This document shows, piece by piece, positions 1 to 8,779 of a stretch of DNA of 64,000 bases (position 1 is the stretch's first letter; every line of letters begins with the position of its first letter). Source of the DNA: a virus; the IMG/VR virus record IMGVR_UViG_3300028844_003737, positions 1-64,000 of that record; one strand, given 5' to 3'. A program made the translations under genes and the position numbers. Below the pieces are notes generated by a model. The model saw only the letters and a list, made by a program, of their open reading frames with translations, ran no database searches and had not been told where the DNA came from.

Positions 1-13
1 CAATCACCCAAAG

Positions 14-1213
14 ATGAAGAAGTATCAGAAAGCTATGGAAAAATATACTTCTGATGAACTTGTTGATATGACTTTAAAAATGCCAAAGGTATTGGGAATT
101 AAAGAAAATGTAGATGAAGCTTTAGATCCATATAAAGATTTTGATGGTTCGCCAAAAGAAGAATATAATTTAAATCTCGGTGCTTTTGTTGAGCATTATC
201 AAGATTTTATAAAGTTTATGAAGAAACATAAGGAAGTACCTGATAAGAACAAAAGAGAATGGGCATTAGCAATCAGAAACAAAGTTGGTCGAGGTATGTT
301 TAATGGTCATATGAGTCAAATGAGTAACATAATGGATTTACTCCAAATGGGTGATAAATTTAGAAATTTAAAAGAAGGTGTAAATGAAGCTGCTATGGAA
401 CTAAATAAAATTAAAGATGCTATACTAATGTTTCAAAAGAAGATTAAGAAACAAGGTAGAGTTACTAATGCTAGAGATGAAGACCATCTAAAAAATCTAA
501 TAAAGGTTTATAAACAAATGGGTGGTAAGGGTGTAAAAGAATCCGTAAATGAAAGCATCTCTGCATTTGATGTAGATTTCTACAAAGACACTAACAATAG
601 ACAGACATCACATAAAGAAATAGTTAAAGGTGATAAATTTTCCGATGTAATTTCTAAAACAACAAAAGTTGCTAAATCAAAAAAAATGAATTATGTTGAA
701 CTTTATTATAAAGGTGCATTTATTGGTTCAATTAATAAGAGAAACAACTTTAAATTCAGAAAAGGTAGAAATCATCAAAAATCCCCATTATCAGTAAATG
801 AAGCTTGTTGGGTAGGATACAAACAAGTAGGAATGAAAGATAAGAATGGAAAGAAAGTTCCTAATTGTGTGAAAGAAATCTATGAAATATTCTATGAAGA
901 AGGTGGTAAAGGTCATGGATATACTTTTGAACATATAAAAGACTTATCTCTAACAGAAGCTGAGTACCAAGGTAGGAAAGTGAAGTTAGGAAAAATTATG
1001 CAGGGTGACCAAAAGAAATTTAAGGTATATGTAAAGAACCCTAAAGGTAATGTAGTAAAAGTCAACTTTGGTCAAGGAGGAGATGCCAAGGGTGGTACGA
1101 TGAGGATTCGTAAATCCAATCCTAAGGCTAGGGCTTCATTCAGAGCTAGACATAATTGTGATTCACCAGGGCCAAGACATAAGGCCCGTTACTGGAGCTG
1201 TAGAAAATGGTAA
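14..1213 (+). CDS. Putative head-internal (cargo) polyprotein, probably 5'-truncated by the window
   Basis: Frame is open back to position 2. Repeated (I/L/V)xE sites (IKE, VDE, VNE x3, LTE). Contains EACWVGYKQVG..VPNCV and C-terminal KKFKVYVK..RARHNC..RYWSCRKW modules typical of large-phage head proteins. Confidence 0.55.
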   Translation: MKKYQKAMEKYTSDELVDMTLKMPKVLGIKENVDEALDPYKDFDGSPKEEYNLNLGAFVEHYQDFIKFMKKHKEVPDKNKREWALAIRNKVGRGMFNGHMSQMSNIMDLLQMGDKFRNLKEGVNEAAMELNKIKDAILMFQKKIKKQGRVTNARDEDHLKNLIKVYKQMGGKGVKESVNESISAFDVDFYKDTNNRQTSHKEIVKGDKFSDVISKTTKVAKSKKMNYVELYYKGAFIGSINKRNNFKFRKGRNHQKSPLSVNEACWVGYKQVGMKDKNGKKVPNCVKEIYEIFYEEGGKGHGYTFEHIKDLSLTEAEYQGRKVKLGKIMQGDQKKFKVYVKNPKGNVVKVNFGQGGDAKGGTMRIRKSNPKARASFRARHNCDSPGPRHKARYWSCRKW

Positions 1214-1500
1214 AACTAAAATCATTACTTGTAGAGAAGCAAGAATTAGGCGGTGCTTATATAGAAAAGATTCGTATGCTTACCGATAGAAATAATCATA
1301 CAATGGCTAGATATGAATTAGCTAAATTGGCTGGTAGTAAACAACATATGAAATTTTATCAGGCAATTATGGATTTACAAGATGTTATAGGACACTTACC
1401 AAGAGGGCTGAGTTTAACTAGAAATGATATGGAAAAGCCATTTATGAATTTACTAAAGAAAAAGTTTTCAAATTACGATATAATACACGGAGTATTATAA
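1207..1500 (+). CDS. Putative head-internal protein with MVKLKSLLVE leader
   Basis: Leader shared with four neighbouring ORFs; overlaps adjacent genes. Confidence 0.55.
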   Translation: MVKLKSLLVEKQELGGAYIEKIRMLTDRNNHTMARYELAKLAGSKQHMKFYQAIMDLQDVIGHLPRGLSLTRNDMEKPFMNLLKKKFSNYDIIHGVL

Positions 1501-1886
1501 TGGTAAAGTTAAAGGACTTGGTAAAGGATTTAGAATTAGGTAAAGTTTATACCGATAAAGATAGACCACCATTCAAAGTAACTGAGGCTATGAATAGACA
1601 GCAAGCAGATGAACTTAGAAAACAGTTAGGTGGCAATAAGTTTATTGCTATGACAGGTGCTAAACAATTTTCATTTGGTAAACAAGGTTTAGGATTTAGA
1701 ATTGGTAAAAACTCTAAAAGTATAAACTATGTAAGAATTGATTTAAAATCTAACGACTTATATGATATGGAATTTATTAGAATAAGAGGAACTAAGATAA
1801 CAGTGGTCAAGAAAGTAACAGGTGTTTACAATGACCAACTACAAAAAATATTCACAAAGCATACAGGATTGTATACAAGACTTTAG
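1500..1886 (+). CDS. Putative head-internal protein (MVKLKDLV leader) with a conserved QLGGNKFIAMTGAK mobile-element domain
   Basis: Leader, then VTE|A site, then QLGG..MTGAK...TGLYTRL domain. Confidence 0.55.
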   Translation: MVKLKDLVKDLELGKVYTDKDRPPFKVTEAMNRQQADELRKQLGGNKFIAMTGAKQFSFGKQGLGFRIGKNSKSINYVRIDLKSNDLYDMEFIRIRGTKITVVKKVTGVYNDQLQKIFTKHTGLYTRL

Positions 1887-1895
1887 GAAACACTA

Positions 1896-2219
1896 ATGAT
1901 TAAATTGAAAAAATTACTTGAATGGAATAATAAGGACTTTGAAGGTCAACCTAATAGATGGTCTAAAAAGTTTGGTGAGTCAGATGGACTTACAGAGTTT
2001 GAAAGAAAAGGTGGTAAGGATACTGTAGTAGAGGATTTGAATGTAAACTTTTATTCTCAGATTCGTGGACAAGCAAAGTATCTATTAGACAGTGCTAAAA
2101 ACTTACAGAGAGCTATAAAGAATCAGAATGATATGACTACTATAGAAGAAATAGAATACATCTATACTAAATCAAAACTTATGTTAGAGATGACTAAAGA
2201 TAGGAAATACCAACAATGA
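1896..2219 (+). CDS. Putative head-internal protein (MIKLKKLLE leader)
   Basis: Shared leader; AGGA RBS. Confidence 0.55.
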   Translation: MIKLKKLLEWNNKDFEGQPNRWSKKFGESDGLTEFERKGGKDTVVEDLNVNFYSQIRGQAKYLLDSAKNLQRAIKNQNDMTTIEEIEYIYTKSKLMLEMTKDRKYQQ

Positions 2220-2638
2220 TAAAACTAAAAGACTTACTAACTGAAAGTTTCTTTGTTGCTATAACACCGAATCCAAGAGGAGTAGTTGCAGTTGGAAGGT
2301 CAAAGATACGTTCTAAAGGAATGGGTGCTGGAATGTTATCGGCTTCTGCTGATAAAATATTAGCTTCAGAGGTAGGTAGAAACATATCGGCTGAAGCAAA
2401 GGATAAATTAGAAATCGTAAAGACATATGATGAAAAAGGTGTACATCACGGAAGAAGTGGATATGTTAAAGCAAAGGCTGCAAGAAAATATGTTTCTGCT
2501 ATTGTTGGTGAAGTAAATTTAGATATCAAAGTTAGTAACAAAACTATACCGGTTACTAAAAACATAGATATGATAATTGGTAAAAGTCAGAAAGAAGTTG
2601 AGAACATTTTAAAGAGTAAGTATAAGGTTAGGGTATGA
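2216..2638 (+). CDS. Putative head-internal protein (MIKLKDLLTE leader)
   Basis: Shared leader; overlaps the upstream stop. Confidence 0.55.
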   Translation: MIKLKDLLTESFFVAITPNPRGVVAVGRSKIRSKGMGAGMLSASADKILASEVGRNISAEAKDKLEIVKTYDEKGVHHGRSGYVKAKAARKYVSAIVGEVNLDIKVSNKTIPVTKNIDMIIGKSQKEVENILKSKYKVRV

Positions 2639-3015
2639 TAAAATTAAAAGAACTACTGGATGAAGCATACAAGCATCCATTATATGGAAGCGATAAAGTA
2701 CATTTCTTTGTAAAGACACCATTCAATCTTTATGTAGCTAGTGGTGATAAAGAACCTACTGGACAATGGTCTAGTGCTGGTCCTGGTGGTAACAAAATGA
2801 TTTACAGAGATAAGGCTACTATGGTAAGAGCTGAAAAGGGAATGCAGATTAGTAACTTACCAGGTGGAGTATTTCTTATAGATAGAAAAAAGAAACAAGC
2901 AGCTAGAATTATTACTAAAAAAGGTGGAACAGGAAAACCATCTAATTTAGAACAGATACCACCCAACGGACATATAAACTTTCATTCATATAGTTCATGG
3001 AAAAATTGGTTATAA
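2635..3015 (+). CDS. Putative head-internal protein (MIKLKELLDE leader)
   Basis: Shared leader; ATGA overlap. Confidence 0.55.
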   Translation: MIKLKELLDEAYKHPLYGSDKVHFFVKTPFNLYVASGDKEPTGQWSSAGPGGNKMIYRDKATMVRAEKGMQISNLPGGVFLIDRKKKQAARIITKKGGTGKPSNLEQIPPNGHINFHSYSSWKNWL

Positions 3016-3033
3016 CAAACTAAAGAGGTTATT

Positions 3034-3927
3034 ATGGAAAGCTTACGGAGAACTGATAAGCTAAGAATCGAATATCATGTAACAGACAGATGTAATTTGA
3101 ATTGCAAGTCTTGTTCACATTTTTCAAATCTAAAAAGTACAAATAAAGAGATACCAAAAAACTTTGAGAAGATAAAACACGACTTCGATAAGATTTGGAA
3201 ACTAACAAAGGAAGGTAGTCCTGATTGTATAGAAAAGGTTACTCTATTAGGTGGAGAGCCACTTCTATTCAAACATCTTATACCAACAATTGATTATGTA
3301 AAACATTTATTTCCATATGAATACGATGAAGGTGGATTACAGATTGTAACTAATGGGATACTCGTACCTAAACAAAAAGAAGAATTTTGGGAATGTATAA
3401 GAAGAAATAAAGTACAAGTATGTTTATCGATATATCCTCATGATTTTACTGGTAAGAAAATAAACCATCAAAAGATTATGGCAATATTAGATGAAAAGGT
3501 TCCTGGTCTTTGGTTTTGGTATAGTGCTGGTCCTGTTAGAGAAGCTGATTCATTTGAAGAAGCAACAGTAGGACAGGAATTTAGTTCTAAATGGCTACAT
3601 TCAAATTACGATGAAGATCATGAAAGGTATTCTGTTGATTGTCACTGGAGAAAGACTTGTACGCATTTAGTCGATAATAAAATTTATATGTGCCCTATTA
3701 TTGCTTATTGGAAATATTTTGATATGCAGTTTGAGGGACAACATAACTTTGTAATTAAAGATGAGGATGCTATACATTTAGATAAATTAGAAACATTTGA
3801 TGAGTTACAAAAAGAAAGAGAAAAGGTGCCGCCTTTCTGTGGATATTGTAGAGGTTCAGAAGCAATATCTGATGAGTGGGGTATAACTAAAAATAACATA
3901 AGTGAATATGTATGGGACGGTGAATAA
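3034..3927 (+). CDS. Radical SAM enzyme with C-terminal SPASM/twitch-like Cys cluster
   Basis: CNLNCKSC (CxxxCxxC), LGGEPLL, VTNG, later C..C..CP and CGYC. Confidence 0.9.
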   Translation: MESLRRTDKLRIEYHVTDRCNLNCKSCSHFSNLKSTNKEIPKNFEKIKHDFDKIWKLTKEGSPDCIEKVTLLGGEPLLFKHLIPTIDYVKHLFPYEYDEGGLQIVTNGILVPKQKEEFWECIRRNKVQVCLSIYPHDFTGKKINHQKIMAILDEKVPGLWFWYSAGPVREADSFEEATVGQEFSSKWLHSNYDEDHERYSVDCHWRKTCTHLVDNKIYMCPIIAYWKYFDMQFEGQHNFVIKDEDAIHLDKLETFDELQKEREKVPPFCGYCRGSEAISDEWGITKNNISEYVWDGE

Positions 3928-4181
3928 TGACAGAAGACCAAAGAGAGCAACTAATAAACTTAAAGAAAGTGAAGTCTAGCCCAAGTTTACCAGAGGATTT
4001 ACAGACAGCAGTAAACTCTTTTATACAGCAAGCTATTATAGTAGGGGAGTATAGATTAGATACGATGCCGCATGAGTATGTTGACAATCTTATATCTACC
4101 ATAGTAAAGTATCCTGAATACAATTTTGTTACAAAAGAATTATTAGAAATTTTAGAAAATGAATTAAAACCTAAACTTTAA
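3927..4181 (+). CDS. Hypothetical protein
   Basis: TAATG coupling to the radical SAM gene. Confidence 0.65.
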   Translation: MTEDQREQLINLKKVKSSPSLPEDLQTAVNSFIQQAIIVGEYRLDTMPHEYVDNLISTIVKYPEYNFVTKELLEILENELKPKL

Positions 4182-4252
4182 CGCAGTATATATTATATTT
4201 ATTACTAAAGGGAAAATCACCGAGTTACTAACTAAAATAGAGGAGAATCCCA

Positions 4253-5083
4253 ATGGATAAATCCAAGGTAAAGACGGTTACACAAATCAAAGCAGACCAA
4301 CCCTGTGAGAATAAAAGACAAGCTCTATCGCAAATCAAAAGAATCGATTGGAGCTCTTTAGAGTTTAGAACACCAAATCAGAAAACATTCTATCGAACTA
4401 TTGGAAGAAACGATGTTACATTTTCAATAGGTCCTGCTGGATGTGGTAAGACATATTTGGCTACACATTATGCTCTAAAGAATCTAGCTCAAGGTAAATA
4501 TGATAAGTTGGTAATTACAAAACCACTGGTAGAAGTAGATGGAGAAAAGATGGGATATTTGCCAGGAGATATTGATGAAAAAACAGCACCATATATGATG
4601 TCGCTGTATTATAATATGGAACAGATTATCGGTAAACAAAGATTAGATGTTCTCAAAAAAGCTGGAGTAGTACAAGTTATTCCTTTGGCTTATATGAGAG
4701 GACTAACACTAACAGATAGTATAGTCGTATTGGATGAGGCGCAAAATGCCACACCATCACAGATAAAAACTTTCGTAACTCGTATAGGACAAGGAAGTAA
4801 ATATATAGTGAATGGCGATTTGATGCAATCTGATATCAAAAATGAAAATGGTTTAGAGGATGCTATCAAAAGATTTACTGGATTACGAAGAGTAGGATTC
4901 AGTCAGTTCGACTTAAGAGATGTTGTAAGACATCCTATTGTCGCTGATATGTTAGAAAGATATCAAGATGACTATGACATTGGAATCCTATCAGCGGAAG
5001 AAACCTTATCTATGTGGATAGAGAGACAGACATATGATGAACCAAAAACAAAAAATCGATATTTTTATAACTTAAGGAACTAA
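4253..5083 (+). CDS. phoH: PhoH-like ATPase
   Basis: GPAGCGKT Walker A, GYLPGD, YMRG, LDEAQN, TRIG, GDLMQSD, VVRH. Confidence 0.95.
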   Translation: MDKSKVKTVTQIKADQPCENKRQALSQIKRIDWSSLEFRTPNQKTFYRTIGRNDVTFSIGPAGCGKTYLATHYALKNLAQGKYDKLVITKPLVEVDGEKMGYLPGDIDEKTAPYMMSLYYNMEQIIGKQRLDVLKKAGVVQVIPLAYMRGLTLTDSIVVLDEAQNATPSQIKTFVTRIGQGSKYIVNGDLMQSDIKNENGLEDAIKRFTGLRRVGFSQFDLRDVVRHPIVADMLERYQDDYDIGILSAEETLSMWIERQTYDEPKTKNRYFYNLRN

Positions 5084-5084
5084 T

Positions 5085-5309
5085 ATGAAAGTACAAGTTG
5101 CAGAAAGAATTCCACCTGGAGATAGATGGAAGATGAATAATACAGTATATGATTCACTAACAGAATGTTTGAATATGATATTCTTAGATAAAGGAGTAAT
5201 GTTTTTTGAAGTTGACGCACAGAATGGAATTATTAGTATTGACGATGGTAAAGAAGCTCCAAAAGCACCTCCAAAGGCTTGGGATTTATATGGGGAAAAG
5301 AGTGGCTAA
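5085..5309 (+). CDS. Hypothetical protein
   Basis: AAGGA RBS; ORF. Confidence 0.7.
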   Translation: MKVQVAERIPPGDRWKMNNTVYDSLTECLNMIFLDKGVMFFEVDAQNGIISIDDGKEAPKAPPKAWDLYGEKSG

Positions 5310-5568
5310 AAGTAAGCAAAATAGAAGAATGAAATCTAATACTGTTTATAATGACGCTGATAATATGGTAATGGTAAAAACTAACGGAGATGAGATAAAT
5401 ATAATCTGCAATTCAGAAAATCAAATGGATGAAGTAGTAAAGCGAATGACTACTGATACTTGTTTATTATCAAGCTACGAAGAGTGGGATGAAGGCAAAG
5501 ATAAAAAATGGATTCTAACCTTTTCTGTATGTGACGAAGAGTTCAAATTTGTTCCTGAATATAATTGA
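5302..5568 (+). CDS. Hypothetical protein (GTG start preferred over 5206)
   Basis: Purine-rich RBS before GTG 5302; avoids a long overlap with the previous gene. Confidence 0.6.
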   Translation: MAKSKQNRRMKSNTVYNDADNMVMVKTNGDEINIICNSENQMDEVVKRMTTDTCLLSSYEEWDEGKDKKWILTFSVCDEEFKFVPEYN

Positions 5569-5615
5569 GGTAATGTTATATTTATAGATGGAAGTCTATC
5601 TTTAGGAGAAAAAAT

Positions 5616-6908
5616 ATGTTAAAGAAAATCTTAATAGGCCTGTTATTGGTCTCTTCATTGTTTGGAGAAAATGAACTTTGGAAGTTTTTTAAATACTCGA
5701 CTGCATATGGTAGTTTTAGTTTAAATGCGCCAAGATATCAAGACGATAGATTTGCTATTACAGGTGGATTGTCAACTGGTAACTTAGTAGTTGAAAGAAC
5801 TGAAAGAGAACTAAAGCCTGATTTTCAAACATCCTTTGGACTTCGTAAAATTGGTAGATTTCAATATGAACCAAAGAGAGGAGTCAAATCAGCTGGTAAA
5901 GGTGGAACTTGGTATGATGGTTCAGAACATAATGCTAATGAAAGTGCTACATTTGGACCTGTAAAAGGTTGGGAGTATCTAATCAAATGGTCAGAAGGTA
6001 GACAGTGGGGTAATGACTATGTAAACCAAGAATATTGGGTAAGATATATTGGTGAGTATTTGATGGGTAAAGTTGGACTAACTGAATTAGGTCTAGAAGA
6101 TATTAGCTATGTTCACGGAGATTTGAGATTACACCTCACACCAGAAGCTCTAAATGATAAACTACATTTTTCTATTGGACTAAAACATAGACAACATCCT
6201 GTATATGGATTTGATGCTATGGTTCTTGATACAACTTGGTATAAGGGACAGTGGTGGAACTTTGCTGAAGATGCTTTTGGTGTTGATGATAATATGTGGT
6301 ATGATCCAACAATGCAAGATGAAGATGGTAATTGGATAAAGAATGAATTATTTGAAATAGACCCCAACACAGGTGAACTTAGAAGAATTGAAGGTTCAGG
6401 ACCATTTTGGAATGAAGGTGGAGAATATTGGGGACATGATTGGTTATGGAGAGATGCTGATGGTCGTATCTTCGCATACACAGATAGAGAATATTTTGTA
6501 TATCACTTTCCAAGAATGTTAGAGGGATACATTGAAGATAAGAAAAAAGATTTAGGATACCAAAGTGAAACATCTTTAGTATTAGGGATAGATTGGTATC
6601 ACTATGGTGAGAACTGGTGGATACATGGTTGGGGTAATTGGTTACCGATGCACTATGGACATACTGATTATGCTTATCATAATGCTGCTCATTATCAAAC
6701 TCATTTAGAAGAAGGTAATGATCCAAGTGAATTTATGTTGATGAAACCAATGTGGCATAGTTGGAATGATTATGATATGGGTGCTATATTAGGAGTTAAG
6801 ATAAAGGATAATATGGGAGTATTTACAGAAGGTAGATATTTATATTATTGGGAAAGGCCGGCTTATGATATAAAGTTCGGTATGAATTATCAATTTGTAG
6901 GATGGTAA
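5616..6908 (+). CDS. Secreted, probable outer-membrane beta-barrel protein
   Basis: Sec signal MLKKILIGLLLVSSLFG; very Trp/Tyr/Gly-rich amphipathic strands; terminal strand YDIKFGMNYQF. Confidence 0.6.
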   Translation: MLKKILIGLLLVSSLFGENELWKFFKYSTAYGSFSLNAPRYQDDRFAITGGLSTGNLVVERTERELKPDFQTSFGLRKIGRFQYEPKRGVKSAGKGGTWYDGSEHNANESATFGPVKGWEYLIKWSEGRQWGNDYVNQEYWVRYIGEYLMGKVGLTELGLEDISYVHGDLRLHLTPEALNDKLHFSIGLKHRQHPVYGFDAMVLDTTWYKGQWWNFAEDAFGVDDNMWYDPTMQDEDGNWIKNELFEIDPNTGELRRIEGSGPFWNEGGEYWGHDWLWRDADGRIFAYTDREYFVYHFPRMLEGYIEDKKKDLGYQSETSLVLGIDWYHYGENWWIHGWGNWLPMHYGHTDYAYHNAAHYQTHLEEGNDPSEFMLMKPMWHSWNDYDMGAILGVKIKDNMGVFTEGRYLYYWERPAYDIKFGMNYQFVGW

Positions 6909-6919
6909 GGAGAACGATT

Positions 6920-6958
6920 ATGTGTGAATGTGAAAATTGCCAATGTGGTAAGAAATAA
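6920..6958 (+). CDS. 12-aa Cys-rich micropeptide MCECENCQCGKK (metallothionein-like)
   Basis: AAGGAG RBS at 6907-6912; fills the gap between two genes; CxCxxCxC. Confidence 0.5.
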   Translation: MCECENCQCGKK

Positions 6959-6973
6959 TAAACGGAGGTGACT

Positions 6974-7168
6974 ATGAAGTCAATACTAACAGGAATACTT
7001 TCTCTTTTTATTTTCTTTGGTGCTGTTCCAAATCTAAACGCTTCAGATATGAAGATGGATAATATGGAAGAAATCAAAAAGAAGAAAAAAAAGAAAGGTA
7101 AGAAAATGAAGAAGGGCAAAAAGAAAGCGAAGAAAGGTTTCTTCTCTAAGCTTATAGGCTCTAAGTAA
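6974..7168 (+). CDS. Small exported Lys-rich protein
   Basis: GGAGG RBS; signal peptide followed by a poly-Lys tail. Confidence 0.7.
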   Translation: MKSILTGILSLFIFFGAVPNLNASDMKMDNMEEIKKKKKKKGKKMKKGKKKAKKGFFSKLIGSK

Positions 7169-7179
7169 GAAAGGTAAGA

Positions 7180-7473
7180 ATGAATAATCCGATAGCAAAG
7201 TTTTATCAATGGCAAGTCTCATCTGGCGCATTAGATGGTTGGACATCATATCATTTAGCAGCTGGTTTGTTTATAGCAAAGGTTGCACAATGGTTAGGTT
7301 GTTCTGATTTTTGGGCTGTGATGTGGGTTGCCATTATCGGTGTCGCTTGGGAAATCTTCGAAGTATATGTAGAAGGTACTGAAGAAACTTATGGCACAAA
7401 GAAGAGATGGGCATATAACACAGGCGCTGACTTATTTGTAGAAATAGCAGCTGCTTGGTGGATGGTTCTGTAA
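7180..7473 (+). CDS. Small multi-pass membrane protein
   Basis: About 3 hydrophobic helices; WEIFE motif. Confidence 0.7.
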   Translation: MNNPIAKFYQWQVSSGALDGWTSYHLAAGLFIAKVAQWLGCSDFWAVMWVAIIGVAWEIFEVYVEGTEETYGTKKRWAYNTGADLFVEIAAAWWMVL

Positions 7474-7586
7474 TGGATAGCTTATCAGTTTGGAATGAAC
7501 TAAGTTATCTAGATGGTATCTTATTTACAGTATGGTTAGGTATACTATACTATGGTAAGTGCTGGATAGATAGCAAATTCAAATAG
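7473..7586 (+). CDS. 37-aa single-TM peptide (MDSLSVWNELSYLDGILFTVWLGILYYGKCWIDSKFK)
   Basis: TAATG coupling; fills the gap; absent from the ORF track. Confidence 0.55.
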   Translation: MDSLSVWNELSYLDGILFTVWLGILYYGKCWIDSKFK

Positions 7587-7592
7587 GAGACT

Positions 7593-8033
7593 ATGATGAT
7601 ATTACAAATTTTATTTTGCTTACTTATAATCCTTTATTGGTTTAGTGAAGGTGTAACCGAAGGTTGGACTTGGAGTACTAAAGCAAGAAAGAATAAGAAT
7701 AAGCTAATACATCCGAACAATGGAAAGAATGGTATATTCGATTATCATATGTGGAGAATATTAGAGAATGTAGGAATATGGGGTGCTGTAATTGTAGCAT
7801 TTTTTATCGAAGCATCGTTTGCTAAATTCTTTTGGTTAGGTGTTGGTAGTTGGTTCATCGGAACATTTTGTTATGAAGCCGCTTTGAATCACGTGAATAA
7901 AGGAACAATTTATAAACCAGTAGATTACAAATGGCATATCTTAGGATACGACATTCCTTGGTGGGGTGGTAAAAAGATTTATATCTTACCAGCTACTGGA
8001 CTAATAGTACTATTGTACGGAATGTGGATATAA
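7593..8033 (+). CDS. Multi-pass membrane protein
   Basis: 4 hydrophobic segments; AGGAG RBS. Confidence 0.7.
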   Translation: MMILQILFCLLIILYWFSEGVTEGWTWSTKARKNKNKLIHPNNGKNGIFDYHMWRILENVGIWGAVIVAFFIEASFAKFFWLGVGSWFIGTFCYEAALNHVNKGTIYKPVDYKWHILGYDIPWWGGKKIYILPATGLIVLLYGMWI

Positions 8034-8179
8034 TGCCAAATAAGAATGCTAAACAGAAAAAACAAAGAAGAGCCGCACTAAATAAAAAGTGGGCTAAAGA
8101 GGGTAGGACTGCTAATCAATATAAAAAGTGGTTAGCAAAAGAAGGAAATAAACCAAATAAAGGATTTGGTAGGAGATAA
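8033..8179 (+). CDS. 48-aa basic peptide (MPNKNAKQKKQRRAALNKKW...)
   Basis: TAATG coupling; fills the gap; absent from the ORF track. Confidence 0.6.
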   Translation: MPNKNAKQKKQRRAALNKKWAKEGRTANQYKKWLAKEGNKPNKGFGRR

Positions 8180-8182
8180 GAA

Positions 8183-8779
8183 ATGAGTTATTATGACATA
8201 TACAATAATCTAAAACTATTTTGTTTGATAGGAATGATATCTTTGTTTACATTTAATTGTGACAGTAGAGATGAAGAGCCATTAGAAGAAAGCATTGAGA
8301 TGTGGGTAAATGGCACAGAGTTTAATGTCCGTGAGTATTACGAAAGTATTACTACATACGGAGCATCATCAGTACAAGAAGATGGTTCTATAAAAAAGAT
8401 ATTTGTACTACACTTTCAAAGAGAAGATGGTAGAGTTACACCTGAGAAAGAACATTATGCTTTGATTATGTATGATAACAATGGACAAGATAATGGTCAA
8501 CTAATAGATACTAAATTATATTTAGGTGGTACTCAAATGGATTCATTATTACTTGAAACTACAAGTGGTAGAATAACATTAGAGATTGTTGGACTATCCG
8601 ATTTTACAGAATTTGCACAAGCATCAATACAAAAGTATGAGGATGGTAAAGTTAGTGGAATCGCAGATGGATACTTTTTCAACCCATATAGAAATGAAAT
8701 GCAACATGGTATAATTATTTTTGATAACTTAGAAGTGGGTACAGATCCTGAGGCTACATTTTACCAAGGAGTATATTAG
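8183..8779 (+). CDS. Putative lipoprotein
   Basis: Hydrophobic stretch ending FTFNC followed by acidic DSRDEE; beta-rich body. Confidence 0.55.
   Translation: MSYYDIYNNLKLFCLIGMISLFTFNCDSRDEEPLEESIEMWVNGTEFNVREYYESITTYGASSVQEDGSIKKIFVLHFQREDGRVTPEKEHYALIMYDNNGQDNGQLIDTKLYLGGTQMDSLLLETTSGRITLEIVGLSDFTEFAQASIQKYEDGKVSGIADGYFFNPYRNEMQHGIIIFDNLEVGTDPEATFYQGVY

Noticed and set aside
3034-6958. Radical SAM enzyme plus the Cys micropeptide as a RiPP (ranthipeptide) pathway
   Set aside because: 3 kb apart in different apparent transcription units; the peptide has no leader and no RRE domain is evident
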